This document shows, piece by piece, positions 46,155 to 55,762 of a DNA stretch of 64,000 nt (the stretch's first letter is position 1; each line of letters starts with the position of its first letter). The DNA is taken from NCBI GenBank assembly GCA_040400605.1, contig JBBAPZ010000004.1, forward strand, positions 1-64,000, written 5' to 3'. A program made the position numbers and the translations under genes. The DNA comes from Candidatus Sericytochromatia bacterium (GTDB lineage Bacteria > Cyanobacteriota > Sericytochromatia > S15B-MN24 > JAQBPE01). The notes beneath the pieces were generated by a model. The model ran no database searches. It was not told the DNA's origin and worked only from the letters and a program-made list of their open reading frames with translations.

Positions 46155-48623
46155 CTACAGGTTGTTGACGGTGGCAGGATCCGCCACGTTCTTGTTCATC
46201 GCTTGGTTCTTGGTCGCATCCGTGAAAGGATTGAGCAAATTGAAGAAGGTGGTAGTCGCCCCGAAGGTGGCACCTACCCCGCCACCTAAGGTCAACGCGG
46301 CCCCACTTTCTTTACGCAGGCGGTAATCAATGGTGATCGGTGTGGTAAATGTGTCTGCACCACCAAACGCTGCCGGCGGATCAATCGAAAAGCGCGCGGT
46401 AACCGAACCATCCGCGTTCTGGGTTGAATCAGCCCCCGTGACAAAACTCCACACCGTGTTGGCGGATTGCCTGACAGAGGCTCCTGTGCCTGTGTATTCA
46501 GCGATGATGCTGTCGGTACCGGCAACCGCCGTTGCAACCGGCGCAGCCGCTTTGAATGCCGTCAAGGTGGTGCCTGAGCCCACGATCACCCGGTCAAGGA
46601 AATTGTCAGTTGTCTCGTTAACCCCTGCCATGATCTGCAAGGTCCTGGTGGTTCCGGCAACCGTGCGTTCCAGCCTGAAGCGGTTGTCAGCCGTCCGGGT
46701 GGCGTTCACGAGACCAAAAAGGCCTGTGTAATTGTTGATGAAACCCAACAAAGTTTCAAGATCCATGCTGGCACTGGGAATGCCGATGGTAATCGGCGCC
46801 CCGCCATCAACCTTTAGCACGAGCTTGTCAGTGGTGGTGAGCCCCAACGACGTGCCTACCGGCGGCAACGGTGTTTCCGTCCCCGTGATGGTGGCTTTGG
46901 CGGCTGCAGCAACCATGTCGGTTTTGGTGGTATCCGTCAGGGTGAAACGCCCTAACGCCGTGGAACCGGTCGGAGTCAACACCAGGGTTACCCGAGCAAG
47001 GCCATCGTTGGCGCCCCCCAAATCAGTGATGGTCTTCGATGTGATGGTAAACGCTGTTGTATCCACGTTGGCCACCGTCAAGTTTCCAGAATCGGCGGGT
47101 GCCACGGTTTTAGTCAAGTCGGCGGATACCATCCGCGCAGACAGCCCGGTGATTGCAACATTGTCACCATTGTTCAGGGTTACCGGCGCGACAACGTTGA
47201 CCTGTACAGACGCTTGACCGTTTGATCCACCTTGACGCGTCGGCAGACTCATTCCGCGAATCGACCACTTGCCGTCCGCTGCTGCAGGCTGACTAATGTT
47301 GGCAGCGGTCAAGGTGACCGGCGCTTGGGCTACCCCACCCACCGTGGGTGTAACCGTGACGGAACCGATCGTGCTGCCAACCGGTGCTGTACCCGCTAAT
47401 TCCATGTCTTGCGAGACAGAGGTGCTGCTGTTGGCGATCGTAATGCGATACTGCGCCGTTTCGCCACCCAAAAACGTTGCTGAATTCATTCCGGCTGTCG
47501 TAGTATTATCCACCAAAGCACTGTTAACCGCGTAAGACACATCCGTATCCAAGTCCGCCTGTGTATACACGGTCACAAAGGAACCCGAGGCGGCAGTGGC
47601 TTGAAGGGCTTGGCCAAACGGTACAATCCTTGCGGTAAAGGTGTTCGCTGGCAAGGTGAATGGAATCCGGAAAGTTACGGTCCCTCTTTGCAAGGTGGTG
47701 GGGGTTGCATCGGTGATTATCACCGTGTTTGGCAAGACGCCATAGGTTTTGCCCCCGCTGCTAAGCTCAATGTAAAACTCATCGACCCGACTGGACATGT
47801 TCGTTGCTTCAAGTGTTGCGACCGTATCCATCGGACCATACGACCCGTTTGGGAAAGATGGCGTGCCGGGCCTTGTGAACGCATCGCACTGCGCATTCAC
47901 GACGAGACTGGTCGAAGTCAATGCCAACGCTTTGACTTCGGTTGATTCCAGTTTCACCCCGCCGGGTGATGTACCGCGCGCCGTGACCTGTACCTGCGAA
48001 GGAGACAGTGCGCTCACAGCGATGCTTGGCAGCGATGCCGTGTAGAAGCCGTTGGCATCGGCGGTGACCAAGGGCAAATTGAAGCCGTTTGTTCCCGCAT
48101 TGCTCAACACTTTGACCGTGGCACCACCGAGTGCCGAGCCGCGTGGATCCGTCACAACACCTGTAATGATTGCCGTCTGGGTACCGTTGTTACCCTGTAA
48201 AACCCTTTTCGGCGCTGCCATCGCGATATTGACCCGCGAAACGCCCGCAACCGGTGACAACGTTACCTGCAAGCTGCTCTCATTGAAGCCTTCCTTTGTC
48301 GCCGTCAACAAGACGTTGCCACTCGGCAAGCCGCCCATCGTGTAGCGTCCTTCCGCATCCGTCACTGCCGTGCCGGATACTCCTTCCGCACGCACGGTCG
48401 CTCCCACGACCGGCACAAAGGCTTTACCGTCAAAGGAAGCGATTACCCCGCTGACGGTGCCCACAGGCAGAACCGGTACTGATTGGGGTTGGCGTACAGC
48501 CTGCTTCACCGACGCTCCCTGACTTTGATCAAGCATGGCCGCCGGCGCGCAAGCGGATGCGGCAAGTGCCGCAGCAACGGCAACAAACAAGACCTTGGAT
48601 GGTTGACGACTGGAATGCCGCAT
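46155..48623 (-). CDS. large Thr/Ala/Gly-rich surface lipoprotein (tandem CarboxypepD and Ig-like domains)
   Basis: Lipobox AASAC; two CarboxypepD repeats; beta-rich C-terminal region; AGGAGG RBS. Confidence 0.85.
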   Translation of the reverse strand: MRHSSRQPSKVLFVAVAAALAASACAPAAMLDQSQGASVKQAVRQPQSVPVLPVGTVSGVIASFDGKAFVPVVGATVRAEGVSGTAVTDAEGRYTMGGLPSGNVLLTATKEGFNESSLQVTLSPVAGVSRVNIAMAAPKRVLQGNNGTQTAIITGVVTDPRGSALGGATVKVLSNAGTNGFNLPLVTADANGFYTASLPSIAVSALSPSQVQVTARGTSPGGVKLESTEVKALALTSTSLVVNAQCDAFTRPGTPSFPNGSYGPMDTVATLEATNMSSRVDEFYIELSSGGKTYGVLPNTVIITDATPTTLQRGTVTFRIPFTLPANTFTARIVPFGQALQATAASGSFVTVYTQADLDTDVSYAVNSALVDNTTTAGMNSATFLGGETAQYRITIANSSTSVSQDMELAGTAPVGSTIGSVTVTPTVGGVAQAPVTLTAANISQPAAADGKWSIRGMSLPTRQGGSNGQASVQVNVVAPVTLNNGDNVAITGLSARMVSADLTKTVAPADSGNLTVANVDTTAFTITSKTITDLGGANDGLARVTLVLTPTGSTALGRFTLTDTTKTDMVAAAAKATITGTETPLPPVGTSLGLTTTDKLVLKVDGGAPITIGIPSASMDLETLLGFINNYTGLFGLVNATRTADNRFRLERTVAGTTRTLQIMAGVNETTDNFLDRVIVGSGTTLTAFKAAAPVATAVAGTDSIIAEYTGTGASVRQSANTVWSFVTGADSTQNADGSVTARFSIDPPAAFGGADTFTTPITIDYRLRKESGAALTLGGGVGATFGATTTFFNLLNPFTDATKNQAMNKNVADPATVNNL

Positions 48624-49098
48624 AAGGGATATTCCTCCTTTTTTTGCCTCTAAGCACGCAGGGGACTCTGAAAACATTGGGTGATTCGGCCTAAAGGCTG
48701 CCAGTTAACGAAGTTCACCCTCGATGCCACAAATGTCGCCGCGGTGGCTCTATTAAAGGCTATACCCAGTAACCTTGGCTGTGATCACATTACAACCCTT
48801 GCGAACCCGGCAGATTTGATGATCGGTTTATCAATCCGACGACACGGTTCACAACATATCAAGCATCTGTAGCGGCTCTCGATGTGCCATTGTCAATCGG
48901 GACCTTGACGGATAATGCGTAAACCCCGTTGGCTCGCGCTTTGCCGAACCCTTTCACCGTTCAGAACCTCACGCCTGGCCCGATGGTTTTGGCGTAAAAC
49001 AACTGCGCCCAATGGCGGTATCGATCACTGGTGCCATCCGTTGGACTCCGCCAATGTTTCAATCATGCGCGCCGTTGATGACACAAGTGATGACGGCA

Positions 49099-51498
49099 TT
49101 ATTTTTTTTTGATGACTACCAGGGAAATGTCATCCAACACACGGTTTGCCCACAACAGACTCTCCTCCAACAAGCGCGATCGAATCGTGGCACTGTCTTG
49201 CATGCCGTGCTGCTTGAGCGCCAGACACAATCGATCCATATCCCACTGTTCACCCTCTTGATTTTGCACCTCGATCAAGCCATCCGTGTAAAACACCAGC
49301 ACGTCGCCTGAGCGCAGGGCAAAGGTCTGTTCAACCGTGAAAGGGGTTGAGTCAGGCAATAAAGCAACCCACGGGCCATCGGTGACAATCCGTTCGACCT
49401 GATTGGATGCCTGACGATAAATCAGGATGTCAAGGTGCGCACCGCAATGCACGAATTGCCCATCCCCTGTATGCTGCAGCACGGACATCGTCATGTGATC
49501 GCTCGTCTTCAAGCGATCGCGAATGTTGTGAAACAACACATGATTCAAGCCGTCATAAAGGGCCTTGGGCGTCATTCGTGGCTGGGCGGCCAACGCACCG
49601 AAACAGCTCTGTGCCATCATCATAATGAGCCCCGGCGTGAGTCCGTGTCCGGTGACGTCACCAACGCCTACCCAAAATTCGTCCGATGCCCCGGCAGGAA
49701 TGATCTCGACAAAGTCGCCACCCACTTCCTCAGCCGGAACCATGCTGAGCGCCACATCAAAGGTATCGAGGTGTGGCGGCACGGGTAGAAGACTGGTTTG
49801 AATCCGGGACGCAATTTCCATCTCGCGGCTCAGTCGTGCTTTCTCCGCGCGAGATTGCGCCTGCTGCCGCATAATCGGCGTCGCGATGTGCCCCGACGCG
49901 ATTCGGCTCGCCAGCACGACCAGAATGACCTCGATACCCACCAGTGCGAGGGCAAAGAGCCACAGACGCTGTCGCACGGCCGTTGAGAGTGCCGTCGCTG
50001 TGGGAGCCATCGCCAGACTGGCACGCGAAGCCGCTGCCAGAGCCGAACGTTCAACAACGGCACGCGTTTCAATAACTGCCGCTTCACATTTTTGGCGCAT
50101 GGCCGTTTCAGCCTGAGAAGCATAGACATTTCCGATAGGACGCAATGAGGAGACGGCCCCTGCTGCAATGGACTCGGAGCGCGTCTTCATTTTGCGCACG
50201 GCTTCATTTGCAATGGTGAGGGCCTGGCCATTCATGGCCGCGACGGCCTGGCGGGTGTTGTTTGCCGCTTGTTCGCGCATGGTTGCAGCGGTTTGTTTTG
50301 ACATCGCGTCACTGTTGGCCTTGAGTTGTGCGATCGATTGCTTGGCAAGATACTGCGCCTGACGCTGCAAAACAGGACGCTGTGCCGCAAGATTCTGAAC
50401 CACGACTTGCGATGCACTCGCATTCATTTGATTCAGTGTGCGCGCGATGTCACTTTGAATGCGATCATTATCCACTCGCGCCCGTGCCGCTTTGTAAGCG
50501 AAGACCACCGCGCCGCCCTCTTCTCGACGCGCGAAAACCCCAAGGTATTCGGCTCCGCCGTCCATAAATCGGATCAATTGGTCTTCAGGCGCCCGTCCCT
50601 CCAACGCCCGAGCCACGATATCCAGTTGTTTGAGCGACGTGCCCTTTTTGAAACGGGTGCTGGCAACCACCCTCCCGCGCGTGTCAACGACCGCCAAATA
50701 TCCGTCTTGGATGGGTGTGACCTTATTGCTTGCGATTCCTTGCGCAAAAATGGATGCGAGGATTTTAAAGTTGACCACGGGCTCCCGTTCAATATCTTGC
50801 ACGATCCGTTCACTGAGCCGTTTGGCGGAGTCAGTGGTTTGATGAACAATAACTTGTGCGATTTGGTTGGTGTTGCGTGCGCTCTCAGCAACCACTTCAT
50901 CCGCGAGTCTTTGCAGGGCTTTTTCTGATAAACGGGCGCTGCTGCGGGTCATTTCCGCGTTCGATTCAGAGTTCAGGCGAATGAGGGTATTGGCCAACGC
51001 TTGCGCCGCCCGTTCGGACTGATGCACCAGGCTCTTGCCAACTGCGACGATCGCTTGTTCACCCTGCTCGATCAAGGCGCGGTTGGCCTCTGCGAATCGC
51101 AATTGGGTGGCATCCAGCAAAGCGGCTGAGGTGGAGCGAACCGCCTTGCCGCCAATATCCGTTAACTGCTGACCGGTGTTATCCACCTGCTGGCGGGCTT
51201 TTTGACTGATTTCGCTGGATGTCGAACGAATCGCATCGGCACTGAGTTCACCGAATTGAGATGTTGAACGCTCCAGTGCTGATTGCGCCATGCGCGCCAT
51301 CCCGGCGACACCGAACAGGGTGAAGGCGATCGCACCGGCCGCAAAAACCCACAGAAGGGTAGTACGAAGGTCCAAGTCGCGCTTCGCTGAACTGACGTGC
51401 AGCTTTTCACGCAGTTTGCCTTGGCTCAGCCCGGTCTGATCCGCTGCCTGTTCCAAGGGTGTGGTCAAAGACTGCTTGACGCGCTCGGCTCCGGCCAC
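49099..51498 (-). CDS. membrane SpoIIE/PP2C Ser/Thr phosphatase with Cache-like periplasmic domain
   Basis: Two TM helices; EMEIASRIQTSLL, VGGDF, GDVTGHG, YTDGL and DDISL. Confidence 0.92.
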   Translation of the reverse strand: MAGAERVKQSLTTPLEQAADQTGLSQGKLREKLHVSSAKRDLDLRTTLLWVFAAGAIAFTLFGVAGMARMAQSALERSTSQFGELSADAIRSTSSEISQKARQQVDNTGQQLTDIGGKAVRSTSAALLDATQLRFAEANRALIEQGEQAIVAVGKSLVHQSERAAQALANTLIRLNSESNAEMTRSSARLSEKALQRLADEVVAESARNTNQIAQVIVHQTTDSAKRLSERIVQDIEREPVVNFKILASIFAQGIASNKVTPIQDGYLAVVDTRGRVVASTRFKKGTSLKQLDIVARALEGRAPEDQLIRFMDGGAEYLGVFARREEGGAVVFAYKAARARVDNDRIQSDIARTLNQMNASASQVVVQNLAAQRPVLQRQAQYLAKQSIAQLKANSDAMSKQTAATMREQAANNTRQAVAAMNGQALTIANEAVRKMKTRSESIAAGAVSSLRPIGNVYASQAETAMRQKCEAAVIETRAVVERSALAAASRASLAMAPTATALSTAVRQRLWLFALALVGIEVILVVLASRIASGHIATPIMRQQAQSRAEKARLSREMEIASRIQTSLLPVPPHLDTFDVALSMVPAEEVGGDFVEIIPAGASDEFWVGVGDVTGHGLTPGLIMMMAQSCFGALAAQPRMTPKALYDGLNHVLFHNIRDRLKTSDHMTMSVLQHTGDGQFVHCGAHLDILIYRQASNQVERIVTDGPWVALLPDSTPFTVEQTFALRSGDVLVFYTDGLIEVQNQEGEQWDMDRLCLALKQHGMQDSATIRSRLLEESLLWANRVLDDISLVVIKKK

Positions 51499-51542
51499 CC
51501 ACCAACCTCCTTGTTTTTCCTGGTTATCTTGTATTGCTTGGG

Positions 51543-53261
51543 CTAACTCGCGGGGTCAAGCCCGCGAATGAGGTCGATGAACAAAGACGTCAACTCAGGA
51601 TCGAACTGAGTGCCTGAGCACCGCTCAACCTCGGCCAGTGCTTCGGACGACGAGACACCTTCGCCATGCACGTAATCGCCACGAACCATGGCGTCATAGG
51701 AGTCACAAAGGGCGAGAATGCGAGCACCGATGGGGATGTTCTTGCCGATAAGACCTTCTGGATAACCCGTCCCGTCGAAGCGTTCATGATGGTACAGCAC
51801 GGACTCCAACAATCCGGAAAACGTCGAGAAACGTGCCAAGATACCTACGCCCATCGCCGGGTGTTCACGCATGCTGTGCCATTCGCGCTCATCCAGTGGC
51901 GCCTGCTTCAGAATCACCGCTTCCGAAACGCCCATCATACCAACGTCGTGAAGCAACCCCGCGATATATAGCGATTCCTGTTTGTCCTGGTTGAAGCCGA
52001 GTCGTTCTCCCATCAACCGCGCATAGTGGCCGACCTGTTCGGAATGCCCCAACATTTTGGGGATCCTCGCTTCGGTTGCAACGGCAAACGCGCGAGCCAA
52101 GGCGAAAAACATTTCTTGAGAACCTTGACGAGGTGCCCCGATATTCTGGATTGCTTCGATGGCGGGACCACTGGCCACGACCACACGATTGCGGCCCGCG
52201 TTCTTTGCCGCGTAGAGGGCGACATCCGCGCGCTTGACAAGGTCCTTGCCCAGCAAATCCTGTTTGGAGCGCGAGACCAGTCCGATTGACGCAGTGACCT
52301 TGATGCTGCGTTCATCATTGATGGCGATACGCATGGCTTCCAGGTCCTGCCGCAGGCGATCGGCCATGTTAAATGCATCGGACTCCTCCGTTTGAGGCAA
52401 TATGACGGCGAACTCTTCACCACCATATCGTGCCACCAGGTCCGACGACCGAACCGAGTGCTTGAGCAGTTCGGCCGTCTGTTTGAGAACCGCATCCCCC
52501 GCTTGATGGCCATGGTTGTCGTTGATCGACTTGAAGTGATCCAGGTCGAACAACATCAGGCTCAAGGGGCGATCGTATCGAACGCTTTCACGCATTTCCT
52601 GCGCCAGACGCTGCTGAAAAAAATCGTGGGTGGCAAGACCGGTCAAGCCATCCGTGATCGCTTGATTCTGCGCCTCTTCATAAAGGTCGTACAGCCGAAG
52701 TGCCATCTCCATTTGCTGCTCATGGGCCTGCTTGAGGGCCAATTTGGCCGCCTCAGTCTGTTTGACTGCCTGCAGGTATTGATCCCGCGCTTGCGCGTGA
52801 GCCGCAAGCAAAGGCAAGACCCCCAGCATCTCGGGACTGGGGGAAGACCCGAACAGCAAGCTCAAGTACCCACCTTGTCCCTGTGACAGCGCCAATGCCA
52901 TATGCACCCACACCCCGTCATTTGAGGCCGTCGTGCAATGCAAGTCGCCAGGCATCCAGGCTGCAATTGATGCAGTTGCCGGCAAGCCATCGCCTACGTC
53001 TTCCGGTAACGCACCCGCCACCAGGTTCCCTGACCCATCCACGATTTTGCCTGCGTGAGCATCCAGAACACTCAGAAGCGCTTGTAAAAGAACTCCCGGC
53101 AATTCTTCCTGCGAACCCGTTTGATTCACCGCAAAGAATGCCTGGGTGAGCAGCTGGTAGTTTGCCAAACCGCTGGCACGAATGCCTTGATAGGTTTGTT
53201 CCAACGAAACCGCCGCAGCGGGATCCAGCGATGTATCTTGACCCGACTGAAAAAGCGTCAT
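51543..53261 (-). CDS. diguanylate cyclase (GGDEF) fused to HD-GYP phosphodiesterase
   Basis: DGLTGL, DLDHFK, RSSD I-site and GGEEF; LLHDVG and HHERFDGTGYP. Confidence 0.95.
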   Translation of the reverse strand: MTLFQSGQDTSLDPAAAVSLEQTYQGIRASGLANYQLLTQAFFAVNQTGSQEELPGVLLQALLSVLDAHAGKIVDGSGNLVAGALPEDVGDGLPATASIAAWMPGDLHCTTASNDGVWVHMALALSQGQGGYLSLLFGSSPSPEMLGVLPLLAAHAQARDQYLQAVKQTEAAKLALKQAHEQQMEMALRLYDLYEEAQNQAITDGLTGLATHDFFQQRLAQEMRESVRYDRPLSLMLFDLDHFKSINDNHGHQAGDAVLKQTAELLKHSVRSSDLVARYGGEEFAVILPQTEESDAFNMADRLRQDLEAMRIAINDERSIKVTASIGLVSRSKQDLLGKDLVKRADVALYAAKNAGRNRVVVASGPAIEAIQNIGAPRQGSQEMFFALARAFAVATEARIPKMLGHSEQVGHYARLMGERLGFNQDKQESLYIAGLLHDVGMMGVSEAVILKQAPLDEREWHSMREHPAMGVGILARFSTFSGLLESVLYHHERFDGTGYPEGLIGKNIPIGARILALCDSYDAMVRGDYVHGEGVSSSEALAEVERCSGTQFDPELTSLFIDLIRGLDPAS

Positions 53262-53295
53262 GTCTGTCCCTTTTAAATGCACGCACCCACAAGGT

Positions 53296-53682
53296 TTAAA
53301 TGGGGATGGCGCTCACCGTTTTCGGAGCCAGGTAGGTCAACGCCTTGAGGCTGGTTTGTTGCCACGTGACCCGGCTGGAGTATAAGAAGTTGATTCGGTA
53401 TTTCTGGTGCTCTGCGAGTTCAGTTTGTCGCATCACCCATTTGATCAGGCTTTTGATGCCGCTGGAGTTCAGAAATGACAATCCCGAGAAATCGGCGTTG
53501 ACCTCATTTAAGCCCAACACCACGATTCGGGCATGGATGCTTTCAAGCGTCGGGTCCATAAACACGCCTGGGTCCGCATCATCGATTTTTCCGACCAATC
53601 GAATGGTGAGGGGCGTGACTGATTCATCGACGCTGATCTCGACCCGGTCTCCTTTATATCCCAGTTTTAACTCTTCGCTCAT
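53296..53682 (-). CDS. STAS-like / SiaC-like phospho-acceptor protein
   Basis: LSFLNSSGIK phosphorylation-site motif; WQQTSLKAL. Confidence 0.75.
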   Translation of the reverse strand: MSEELKLGYKGDRVEISVDESVTPLTIRLVGKIDDADPGVFMDPTLESIHARIVVLGLNEVNADFSGLSFLNSSGIKSLIKWVMRQTELAEHQKYRINFLYSSRVTWQQTSLKALTYLAPKTVSAIPI

Positions 53683-53685
53683 TAT

Positions 53686-54183
53686 TCAGTCCCGTGCTTT
53701 CGTCAATGGAAACGTAACCCCCAGTGTCACCAGAGCGCCACTGATCGATAAATCGATTTCGCAGCCGGTTTCATAGCGAATTCTCGCCAAGCCCAGCTGA
53801 GAGCCTTCAGCTTGCGGGTCCATCGCGATCCGTTGCATTTTTTGCAAATAAGCCATCAAGGGATCCCCTTGGCTTATCTCGGCATGCTGGCTCCGCAAAA
53901 TCTCAATGCTTTCCGGCGTTGCACGATTTTCTACTTCCAAAACCACCATTTCATCCTCTTGAATGGTGAAACGCAAGGACACGTTATCTTCTTGCGATGC
54001 GCAGTATTTAACGGCATTTTCCAGCAGTTCCTGTGCAGTGGTTGCGATCTTGTCCGCAATCTCTTCATCAGCCAAGTGTACATTACAGAAACTCGCCACC
54101 ATAATCCGCGTCGATGAGACGTAACTCCACCATTTGGGGCTAAACGAAATGGTGGCACCGTAAGATGAACAAACGCTTGGCAT
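53686..54183 (-). CDS. HATPase-fold Ser kinase (RsbW/SiaB-like)
   Basis: N-box QELLENAVKY; SQLGLARIRYE G-box-like motif. Confidence 0.75.
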   Translation of the reverse strand: MPSVCSSYGATISFSPKWWSYVSSTRIMVASFCNVHLADEEIADKIATTAQELLENAVKYCASQEDNVSLRFTIQEDEMVVLEVENRATPESIEILRSQHAEISQGDPLMAYLQKMQRIAMDPQAEGSQLGLARIRYETGCEIDLSISGALVTLGVTFPLTKARD

Positions 54184-54427
54184 GCATCCCTCTTGTCGTG
54201 TTTCACCCGGTGACGCAGCGCACAGGCACCCCCACCATGACCCCCCTATACCCCAAAGTGTTTGGGCATAACGAACCGTGGCACGCGCCGCCCGCTATCC
54301 CGTGGCCGGCCAATAGGGCACGAACATGTCATTGACTGGCGATTGATTGACTATTGAGAGTCCGCAAGACCCGCGATTCGGTGTACCATAAGGCAATCAT
54401 CATTTCATGGAATGTGGCAAACCAACT

Positions 54428-55762
54428 ATGACGATGCCTGAAACCTGGGAAAACACCATTTTTGATGGCGGCGCTGATCTGAGCGCTTCGGCGGCTGGAC
54501 TTGAAGCCTCGCGGTGCCTTCAGTGTCTTGATGCGCCGTGCATTCAGGCGTGTCCCACCTTGATTGATATCCCCCGTTTTATCAAGGGGATCGCGACCGG
54601 CAATCTGAAGGGTGCGGCACGGACCATTGCCGAAGCCAATATTTTCGGGTTGGCTTGCGGCAAGGTTTGCCCGACTGAGGTGCTGTGTGAGGGCGCCTGT
54701 GTGTATAACCTCACGGAGTCTCAACCGATTGCCATTGGGCGCTTGCAATCCTTTGCAAGTGCAGCGGCACTCGATCAGCAGTGGCAGTTTTTTACAGGGG
54801 GAGCGCCCAGCGGCTACCGGGTTGCGTTGATTGGCGCAGGGCCTGCCAGTTTGGCTTGTGCACACGCACTGCGTCGGTTGGGGCATGAGACGGTCATTTA
54901 TGAAGCCAGCGCGCGGGGTGGGGGGTTGCTCACGGATGGTGTTGCCGCCTACAAGTACCCATCGAATCGGGCGTTAAGGGAAATTGATGCGATCACAGCC
55001 ATTGGTATCGATGTTCGCTACAACGTGCAAATTGGACGGGATTTGGCCTTCGAGGCGCTTGAACGCGGGTTTGATGCGGTTTTTCTGGGTGTCGGGTTGG
55101 GGGCTGACCGCTTGTTGCAGCTTCCTGGCGCCTCCCTTTTACAAGTTAAGGGTGCCTTGGATTGGTTGGAACGTTTTAAGCAGGGTTCCAAGATGAGCCT
55201 TGGCGAGCCACCTGCGCGCGCAGTGGTGATCGGTGGGGGTAACACTGCAATTGATGCGAGTCGGCATTTGAAGGCATGGGGTGTCGAAGCGGTTCACCTG
55301 GTTTACCGACGTGGTGAGGAGTCTCTCAGCGCTTACAGGCATGAAGTGGCGGCAGCCCGTCAGGCGGGCGTGACGTTTCATTTTTACGTTGAACCCGTTG
55401 CGTTTGAGGGCGAGGGGTGCTTGACCGGGGTGCAGTTGCGTGGAACGAAGGGTAACAAGGATGGCAGCTGGACGTTGGCGGCTGATTTGGTGCTGTTGGC
55501 GATCGGTCAGCATCGCATTCACACTGAGTTGAGTCAGATTCCCGGCATTGAGTGGGCCGAGGGGTGCATTGTTGTGGATCGGCAAACCGGACAGACAGGC
55601 AATCCCCGCTATTTCGCGGGGGGAGATTGCGCGAATGGCGGCAAAGAGGTGGTTGATGCCGTCGCTGATGGCAAACGCGCCGCTTTGGGCATCCACACGT
55701 ATCTGACACAGTCAGACCGACAACAAACCAACCAAAGGGAGACATTGCATGCACCCTGTTGA
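54428..55762 (+). CDS. preT: NAD-dependent dihydropyrimidine dehydrogenase subunit (GltD-like)
   Basis: CLQCLDAPC..CP, CGKVCPTEVLCEGAC, GAGPA and GGGNTAID; overlaps preA. Confidence 0.9.
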   Translation: MTMPETWENTIFDGGADLSASAAGLEASRCLQCLDAPCIQACPTLIDIPRFIKGIATGNLKGAARTIAEANIFGLACGKVCPTEVLCEGACVYNLTESQPIAIGRLQSFASAAALDQQWQFFTGGAPSGYRVALIGAGPASLACAHALRRLGHETVIYEASARGGGLLTDGVAAYKYPSNRALREIDAITAIGIDVRYNVQIGRDLAFEALERGFDAVFLGVGLGADRLLQLPGASLLQVKGALDWLERFKQGSKMSLGEPPARAVVIGGGNTAIDASRHLKAWGVEAVHLVYRRGEESLSAYRHEVAAARQAGVTFHFYVEPVAFEGEGCLTGVQLRGTKGNKDGSWTLAADLVLLAIGQHRIHTELSQIPGIEWAEGCIVVDRQTGQTGNPRYFAGGDCANGGKEVVDAVADGKRAALGIHTYLTQSDRQQTNQRETLHAPC

